Source of the DNA: a virus
Taxonomy: Duplodnaviria; Caudoviricetes
Strand: one strand, 5' to 3'
Virus record (IMG/VR): IMGVR_UViG_642791618_000001
Coordinates: 14,958-78,957 of that record
Length of the DNA: 64,000 nucleotides
Shown: positions 58,241 through 64,000 of the stretch, in pieces
Layout of the letters: each line of letters opens with the position of its first letter
Position numbering within the stretch: the first letter of the stretch is position 1
Translations under genes and position numbers: made by a program
Notes under the pieces: model-generated
Told to the model about the DNA's origin: nothing
The model's input: only the letters and a program-made list of their open reading frames with translations
The model's database searches: none

Positions 58241-59010
58241 AGAATCTCAACTGGTTCCAAGCGCGTGACCTCGCGCAGAAGCAGGGCCGAGCGGTGCGTC
58301 GCGATGCCTGGCGCAAGTGGCTCTATTACACGCCATGGTATCTGTGGTTCATCGCCGAGAACGATGCCCACGGCGTGCAACACCGCTGGGTCGTCAAGAA
58401 CGGCGATTTCGGTTCCGCCGAATTCATCGCCTTGGATTGGACAGATGAACCGTGGCCAGACGAGCCCGATCCTGTGAACGGCCCGGTCACGCCCCCGAGC
58501 CCGGGTCCGAGCTGGGGTCCATGGCCGCCGATCAGTTCGAACCTTCCGCACCCGATCCCCCCGATCGTAATCTTCAGTGGAGGCGGCGGCCCGCCGAGCG
58601 GCCCACCCACTGATCCTCCGCCCCATCACAATCCCCCTCAAAACCAGCCGGCGACGGTCAGCGTATCCGTGGACTACATCAACATGGACGGCTACGATGA
58701 GGAAAAGGGATGCATCCAGGACAATGGTGGGGGCAGTCACTCCGGTAGCTTTTCCGTTAGCGTGACCGTGTCCGGCGGGCCACCCGGCGTCGGTACCCTC
58801 GACGTGCGCATGGGCACGCAGAGCCCGCAGCTCGGCACCGCGTGGGATGGTTACAACGGCGATTTTGAATTCGACGATATTCCGTTTTCGCCCGGCGGCT
58901 CGCTCACGGCCACAGCCAATTACTCGATCAACGGACAGACGGCCACCGGCTCCGGCCAATTCCAGGTCCCGGACACCTGCCAACCCGACTACGGCGACGA
59001 CGGCCAGTGA
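58237..59010 (+). CDS. Protein with a DUF2829-like N-terminus, Pro-rich linker and beta-rich C-terminus
   Basis: WFQA..L..QGRAVRR.AW ... IALDW. Confidence 0.5.
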   Translation: MKNLNWFQARDLAQKQGRAVRRDAWRKWLYYTPWYLWFIAENDAHGVQHRWVVKNGDFGSAEFIALDWTDEPWPDEPDPVNGPVTPPSPGPSWGPWPPISSNLPHPIPPIVIFSGGGGPPSGPPTDPPPHHNPPQNQPATVSVSVDYINMDGYDEEKGCIQDNGGGSHSGSFSVSVTVSGGPPGVGTLDVRMGTQSPQLGTAWDGYNGDFEFDDIPFSPGGSLTATANYSINGQTATGSGQFQVPDTCQPDYGDDGQ

Positions 59011-59029
59011 TTGACATGGCGGCGTCGGC

Positions 59030-59851
59030 ATGAAGCCACCCGCCTATCAGTCGCCTAATTCGGCCCAATCGGATCGTCCTGCTGGCGCGCGCGACGCGCA
59101 CGCCATTCTTCCACCTCCACGGGCCCGTTCCCAACCGGTCCGCTATCTCGAAGGCGTCACCACCTGCGTGAACTACGCCGATTTCCTCGACGTGACGCTT
59201 TCCGAGAATCTCCACCACTTCAACGAGTTCGTCGTCGTCACCACTCCAGATGATCTGGCGACACAGAACGTGTGCAGCAAACACGGCGTGATCTGCGTCG
59301 AGACGAACGTCTTCTCGAAGGACGGCACGCACTTCGCCGCGGGCAAGAGCCACGCGATCAATCTCGGCCTCTCCCATCTCAAGCAGACCGGTTGGCTGCT
59401 GCATCTCGACGCCGACATCGCGTTGCCAGATCGCTTCCGCGCCATGCTGGACAAGGCGGCGCTGGATCCGACTTGCCTGCACGGCGCCGACCGACTGGAG
59501 GTGCGCTCCCATGATCGGTGGGCGCAAGTCCAAGGCGACGAGGGTTATGCTCGCCAGTACCGCTACCGCTTCCTGCTCTCGGCGCCGGAGTTGCCGCTGA
59601 GCCCGCGCTTCGTCCACGACGTGCACGGGTTCTGTCCGCTCGGCTATTTCCAGCTCTGGCACTCCAGCCAGCGCCGGCAGTATCCCTACAACCAGGGCGG
59701 GCGCGAGCAGACGGATGTGCTCTTTGCCACTCAATGGGAACCGGAGGACCGGCGCATCCTGCCGACCGTCCTCTGCTATCACCTGCAATCCGAACCGGCG
59801 CCGCTCGGTGCCAACTGGCATGGCCGCCGCACGAAACCCTTCACGCCGTGA
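59030..59851 (+). CDS. GT-A fold glycosyltransferase
   Basis: TCVNYADFL, LHLDADI (DxD), GYFQLW. Confidence 0.75.
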   Translation: MKPPAYQSPNSAQSDRPAGARDAHAILPPPRARSQPVRYLEGVTTCVNYADFLDVTLSENLHHFNEFVVVTTPDDLATQNVCSKHGVICVETNVFSKDGTHFAAGKSHAINLGLSHLKQTGWLLHLDADIALPDRFRAMLDKAALDPTCLHGADRLEVRSHDRWAQVQGDEGYARQYRYRFLLSAPELPLSPRFVHDVHGFCPLGYFQLWHSSQRRQYPYNQGGREQTDVLFATQWEPEDRRILPTVLCYHLQSEPAPLGANWHGRRTKPFTP

Positions 59852-61245
59852 ATATCGTCTTCGGTTTGACTGTTCACGACGAACCTGCCGGCCAGATCGA
59901 CTGGTGTCTGACCTGGTTGCGCCGCGCGTATCCGTCCGCGCCAGTCTTCGTTGTCAGCGACGGGCCGCATCCCTATGAATCGGCGGTGCTGGCCGTCTGC
60001 CGTCAGCATCGAGCGCACTTCGAGCGGGGTAAACGGCTCAAGGTGCTCGAGGCCGGTGCGGCGTGGTGGCAGCGGTTCTTCACGCTTGGCCACGCCTATC
60101 GCCCCGACTGGCTCGTGAAGTTCGATGCGGACACCAGGATTCGCCGGTGTGTGGATTTCTCGAAGGCTGCGTCGACGGCGGATGTGATCGGTCGCGTCAC
60201 GACTCCGGGCCTCCCCCACGAAAATGTGCAGGGTGGGTTCCAGGCGATTCGCGGTTCGGCCGTAGAGCGCATCCTCGACAGCGACGAATGCCTGTCACTC
60301 CTTTGGCGTGACCCGGCAAGCTGGGCACGTGGTGAGTGTGGCCGGCTGATTCGTCGCGGGGAGATTTCGACGGATTTCACCTTGATGGCGATTCTGCGCG
60401 CGCTGCGAATGCACTGGGCGAATCATGACGAGATCGATTCCCACTGGCGGGCACCGCGAACCTGGTGTCCCAGCGCGGCGGTGACTCATCCGCACAAGGG
60501 CATGACGCCGGCCGACGCCGAGCCGCCGGGAATCAGTCTCTGCATGACCTGCTACAACCGGCTCTCGTTTCTCCAGCAGACGCTCCCCCGCAATCTCGCC
60601 TGCCTCGACCCTCGCGATGAAATCGTGCTCCTGGATTACGGCTCGACCGATGGGCTGGGCGATTGGGTGCGCATGGCGCTGCTTGATGCACTGCGCGACG
60701 GGCGGCTGAAATACTTCCGCGCTGAAACGAGTCGCTGGCATGTTTCGCACGCGAAGAATGTGGCGCATCGGCTCGCCACCCGGCGGGTCGTCTGCAATCT
60801 CGATGCCGACAACTTTGCTCCAGCGGGATTTGCCGACTGGCTGCGCGAGGTGTTTCTCGATGGCCCGGCGATCACGCATGGAGATGCGCAGAGCTATGGC
60901 GGCGGCTACGGCCGGATCGCGTTGTTTAAGGAAGACTTCCTGCGGCTCGGCGGTTACGACGAGCGCTTCGTCGGCTGGAGCTATGACGATGAGGATCTGC
61001 GGCGGCGGGCCATGGCCAGCGGTCTGCGCGCTGTGGTCACGCCAGCACCGTTCATTACGTTCTTGCATCACTCCCACGCGATCCGGCAATTCGCACCCGG
61101 AGCGACGACGCAAGAAGAGGACCTCGCCTTCGGCCGCGCAATTTCCCGCGGTTCGCTGGCGCAGGGCCGGTTGCGTGCCAATCAGGGCCAGGTCTGGGGC
61201 CGGGCGCTGGTCCGGTGCTTTGACGGGGAACTCGTCGCCTCATGA
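59848..61245 (+). CDS. Two-domain glycosyltransferase (GT-A plus GT2/GT7C)
   Basis: KFDADT; CMTCYNR, LDYGSTD, NLDADNF, GYDERFVGWSYDDED. Confidence 0.82.
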   Translation: MNIVFGLTVHDEPAGQIDWCLTWLRRAYPSAPVFVVSDGPHPYESAVLAVCRQHRAHFERGKRLKVLEAGAAWWQRFFTLGHAYRPDWLVKFDADTRIRRCVDFSKAASTADVIGRVTTPGLPHENVQGGFQAIRGSAVERILDSDECLSLLWRDPASWARGECGRLIRRGEISTDFTLMAILRALRMHWANHDEIDSHWRAPRTWCPSAAVTHPHKGMTPADAEPPGISLCMTCYNRLSFLQQTLPRNLACLDPRDEIVLLDYGSTDGLGDWVRMALLDALRDGRLKYFRAETSRWHVSHAKNVAHRLATRRVVCNLDADNFAPAGFADWLREVFLDGPAITHGDAQSYGGGYGRIALFKEDFLRLGGYDERFVGWSYDDEDLRRRAMASGLRAVVTPAPFITFLHHSHAIRQFAPGATTQEEDLAFGRAISRGSLAQGRLRANQGQVWGRALVRCFDGELVAS

Positions 61246-62096
61246 AGAAGCTCGTCTGCGTGTCGTCGTATTCCAGCGGGCTGAAGCATCGCTTCGCGCT
61301 CCTCAACCAGGTAAGGAACTTCGGCCACCTGCACGGTTACGATGTGCATTTCCTCTGGGGCGTGAGTAGGGGTGTGGCCTATTGCCACTGGGAGGAACTT
61401 TTCGGGCCGCTTGAGGGAATTCGCGTGACCAACGTCAGCGAGGCGGAGGTGGATCGGATCGGTCGGCTTCAGAAAGCGGCTCCCCTGATTGAGTACGAAG
61501 GCGAGCGGCTTGATGTGGTGAGCGATGGGTGTCCGCTCACTGATCGGATGTTCGCGTTCAACCTTCCCGCGACCGATTATCTCGAAAGGCTCGTGCCGAA
61601 CTCCGCACGCCCGAAAATGCGCCTCCTCGCTCCGCCGAATGACGCGATCCGGGTGAGCGTGGATGCCCTGGCGCGCAAACACCGGCTCGCACAGCGCACC
61701 GGCATTCGCGTCCGCGTGACCGAAGCGGCGCACGATCCGCGCAAGCCGCACCGCAACAAAGCCGAACTCGATCAATGTCTCGTGCCGTTGCTGCGGCTGC
61801 CAGCCGACATGCCCGCGTTCATCGTGACCGATTCTGAATACGTCCAGTGCAGGCTCGCGACGCACTTCGTCGATGCCGTCTGGCTGCCGAAAGAGTTCGA
61901 TCTGACCGAGAATGGCAGCCACTACGTTCACCGGTCCGACAAGGCCGCGATGTTCACGTTCCTCAAGGAAGCGTTCTGCCTCTGCGCCTGCCGGCGCGTC
62001 ATCAACATCGGCGGATTCCTCAACGATCAAGCCGCGTGCGTCTGGCTCCCACCGTATCAAGAAACTCCAGCGCCTTTGACAGCGCTAGCGGTGTAA
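61242..62096 (+). CDS. Fucosyltransferase-like (NodZ/GT11/O-FucT type) glycosyltransferase
   Basis: SGLKHR, GIRVRVTE, FIVTDS. Confidence 0.55.
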   Translation: MKKLVCVSSYSSGLKHRFALLNQVRNFGHLHGYDVHFLWGVSRGVAYCHWEELFGPLEGIRVTNVSEAEVDRIGRLQKAAPLIEYEGERLDVVSDGCPLTDRMFAFNLPATDYLERLVPNSARPKMRLLAPPNDAIRVSVDALARKHRLAQRTGIRVRVTEAAHDPRKPHRNKAELDQCLVPLLRLPADMPAFIVTDSEYVQCRLATHFVDAVWLPKEFDLTENGSHYVHRSDKAAMFTFLKEAFCLCACRRVINIGGFLNDQAACVWLPPYQETPAPLTALAV

Positions 62097-62098
62097 CC

Positions 62099-62389
62099 AT
62101 GGACATCAACGAAGCCATTCAAACCATCGATCACGCCGCCCACCAGGACGACCGCTGGATGTTCGTCGCCCTGCTCTTGATTGGCCTGATCACGATCTAT
62201 TTCCTCGCGCGGTACTTCATGAAGCAGATTGCGGAGCTTCAGCAGGAGATCGCGGCCGTGCGAACCGAGTTTGAGAGCCATCTCAAGACGGCCAACGCTG
62301 ACATGGTGGCTGCGCTCACCAAGAGCACCGAGGTCATCGCGCACAACTCCGCGATTCTGGAGCAGATCCAGAAAAAGCTCGGCGCGTGA
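62099..62389 (+). CDS. Holin-like single-TM protein
   Basis: One TM segment (WMFVALLLIGLITIYFLA) plus a coiled coil; last late gene. Confidence 0.5.
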   Translation: MDINEAIQTIDHAAHQDDRWMFVALLLIGLITIYFLARYFMKQIAELQQEIAAVRTEFESHLKTANADMVAALTKSTEVIAHNSAILEQIQKKLGA

Positions 62390-62480
62390 TTTGAGAACCG
62401 GAGCAGAGGTTGAGGCCAACCTTGACCGCCGCCAGTGGAGCTAATCACGGCGGCGCAAGCAGCCCCGGTTTCATAAAAGG

Positions 62481-62510
62481 GGAGATAATCGTTTCGGCAC
62501 GATTATCTCC
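62481..62510. repeat. 26-bp hairpin repeat, copy 3 (12-6-12)
   Basis: GGAGATAATCGT-TTCGGC-ACGATTATCTCC, next to the xis stop codon. Confidence 0.85.
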
Positions 62511-62511
62511 T

Positions 62512-62715
62512 TCATCCGGCGATGCCCCGAGTCAGGCGCGCGAGGGCGGCGTCGATGGCCGACTTGCGAAACCGCAGCGCGCGCCCGATGCGAATGAACG
62601 GGATGTGTCCCCCGATCCGCCAGTTGTAGAGTTGGCGCGGTTTGATCCGGAGATAATCCGCGGCTTCCTGCTCAGTCATCAGGCGATCTTCGATTGCTGC
62701 TGTTTGCGTGCTCAC
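62512..62715 (-). CDS. xis: Excisionase-like HTH_17 protein
   Basis: LMTEQEAADYLRIKPRQLYNW...IGRALRF. Confidence 0.82.
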   Translation of the reverse strand: MSTQTAAIEDRLMTEQEAADYLRIKPRQLYNWRIGGHIPFIRIGRALRFRKSAIDAALARLTRGIAG

Positions 62716-62761
62716 GCCGGATGGCGGTGTGTCAAACCGCCATCCGGCACCAAGCGCTGGC

Positions 62762-64000
62762 TCACGCCACGGCCGTGATCGGGACGATGTTGGCGGGCGT
62801 CTCCGGCAGCACGCCGAACCACAGGTTGCCCTGGCTCTTGGTCACGACCTTCCGGTAATTGCTGAACACTTTCTGCGGCGAATTGCCGAGTTCCAGCGAC
62901 AGCTTCGAGACGTCTTCCATGACCGCGAGCCGGTAGCTCGCGTAGCTATGGCGCAGCCCGTTCTGCTTCCACTTGAACGGCGGGGCCTCCGGGTCCTGCT
63001 CTCGCCGCACGGCGTCTGCCTTCTTGGCGGCCGTGCCGAATGCCTCGGCAAGGCAAACGGGCAGGCTGTAGTTCAAGACCGGGCCGTGGCGTTTCACGAA
63101 GGGACGAATCCAGGCCGAGAGCGGTTCGAGGATCGGCACGAGTCGGCGCGACGCGGTCTTGGTCTGGTCGCACCCAATGTCGATCACCCCTTCCTCCCAG
63201 TTAAAATTCTCCCAGTTGAGCCGGAGCATTTCCGCCGAGCGGATGCCGGTGAAGGCGCCGATGAGGATCGCGAGTTTCGGTTGTCCCTCGGACACGGTGA
63301 GCAGCTCGCGCAATTCCTGCGGCGTGAAAATCTGGATCGGCTTCGACTTGATCTTCGGTTTCTCCAGCCAGCGCGCTTCCGTCTCCCGATCGCGAGGCAG
63401 GTAGCCGCGGCGGCGGGCGAAATTGAACAGAGTGATGATGAGGCGTCGGAAGTTGTTCCTCGTGGCCAGGCCGATGGAGAGCTTGCGAAGCCATTCCTCG
63501 ATGTCGCGCGTGCAAACGTGCGAAATTGGCGTCTGGAAATCGGTGGCGAAGACCCGCAGCCGCCAGCCACAGTCATCGAGGTAGACCTGGCTCAAGCCGT
63601 CGGCGGTTTTCGTCGCGATGAATTCCTCGACCACTTGCGACACCGTGCGGATCAGGTCCGGGCGCACTGCGTTGTGGAGGAAGAACTCGATGGCCTGGCG
63701 CACCGTGCCGTTGTCCCCGAGCTTCTGCAGGATGTCGGCGTATTCGCCGGCGACGACATGCAGCGGCACGGCCACCGGGCCGAGCCGGCGTTGGGCTTCA
63801 CGGTAGGTTTGGGCGTCCGTGATCGAGATGGCCGGTGCATTCACCTGCCCGGCGGCGAGCTGCTCAGCCTGGGCCTTGGCGAAGTCTTCGGCCTTCTGCG
63901 GATCGGCGAAGAGCTTCCGATACGGCTTTTCACCAACTCTCCAGTAAACAGTGTAAATCGGGCGCTTTTTGAGGGTGCCCGAGTAGATCTTGAGGTGCAC
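62762..64000 (-). CDS. int: Tyrosine integrase (5' end outside the window)
   Basis: GIRSAEM, NGLRHSYASY, LGNS, C-terminal catalytic Tyr (SNY). Confidence 0.92.
   Translation of the reverse strand: MHLKIYSGTLKKRPIYTVYWRVGEKPYRKLFADPQKAEDFAKAQAEQLAAGQVNAPAISITDAQTYREAQRRLGPVAVPLHVVAGEYADILQKLGDNGTVRQAIEFFLHNAVRPDLIRTVSQVVEEFIATKTADGLSQVYLDDCGWRLRVFATDFQTPISHVCTRDIEEWLRKLSIGLATRNNFRRLIITLFNFARRRGYLPRDRETEARWLEKPKIKSKPIQIFTPQELRELLTVSEGQPKLAILIGAFTGIRSAEMLRLNWENFNWEEGVIDIGCDQTKTASRRLVPILEPLSAWIRPFVKRHGPVLNYSLPVCLAEAFGTAAKKADAVRREQDPEAPPFKWKQNGLRHSYASYRLAVMEDVSKLSLELGNSPQKVFSNYRKVVTKSQGNLWFGVLPETPANIVPITAVA

Larger units (their letters stand above)
2250..64000. mobile_element. Temperate prophage (lambda-like packaging and head, non-contractile tail) carrying a biosynthetic cargo cassette; boundaries not visible
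   Basis: Replication genes, terS/terL, portal, S49 protease, capsid, tail, xis and tyrosine integrase in modular order. The integrase runs off the right edge. Confidence 0.92.

Noticed and set aside
55125-59010. Diversity-generating retroelement or invertible tail-fibre cassette
   Set aside because: No reverse transcriptase, no VR/TR-like repeat, no invertase or flanking inverted repeats noticed.
59030-62096. gtrABC-type O-antigen conversion cassette
   Set aside because: No GtrA flippase or multi-TM GtrC; the genes are soluble-looking and carry the late-gene upstream motif. Not fully excluded.
38492-62510. CRISPR array from the 26-bp palindromic repeats
   Set aside because: The copies are 5 kb and 19 kb apart rather than regularly spaced, and there are no cas genes.
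62390-64000. att site or tRNA target
   Set aside because: No tRNA or long direct repeat matching the left end is visible; the element continues beyond the window.

Overview
Almost the whole window is one GC-rich temperate prophage, open at both ends, with no att site visible. The host is probably PVC/Verrucomicrobiota-like, inferred from gene families and not verified. Modules in order: (1) a divergent TrlF-like ATPase and a GATACCG repeat array; (2) a rightward recombination/replication operon (Sak4-like AAA_24, DUF2800-like nuclease, DUF669 SSB, helicase, primase-helicase, PUR-domain protein, endonuclease), 2.2-10.8 kb; (3) a ~16 kb biosynthetic-type cassette, 11.1-27.3 kb, with two RaSEA-like and one other radical SAM, two GNATs, an SbnA/CysK-like PLP enzyme, a class II UvrA, a methyltransferase, two BtrH/papain-like proteins, a fold-III PLP decarboxylase, an ACP, a diverged NadE-like enzyme, an adenylation enzyme, a KAS III-like enzyme and a convergent GyrI-like protein; (4) a leftward accessory operon (two ligase-family genes, AAA ATPases, MgsA C-terminal domain, amidoligase plus GATase, GREB1/TAGT glycosyltransferase, ParB), 27.8-38.2 kb; (5) lambda-like packaging, head and non-contractile tail genes, with a GH75 putative lysin, HNH-like and HEPN-like morons and three glycosyltransferases; (6) xis and a tyrosine integrase at the right edge. 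The best candidate for a new system is the prophage-borne, NRPS-independent, carrier-protein biosynthetic cluster, which has two DNA/gyrase-toxin-type resistance genes and no exporter. Several recurrent cis-motifs were also found: TTGAC fixed 19 nt before start codons, a 6-5-6 operator-like palindrome, and an identical 26-bp hairpin in three places. Eight phage genes carry frameshifts, mostly single-base indels in homopolymer runs and probably sequencing errors. All family assignments come from motif recognition; no database searches were run.
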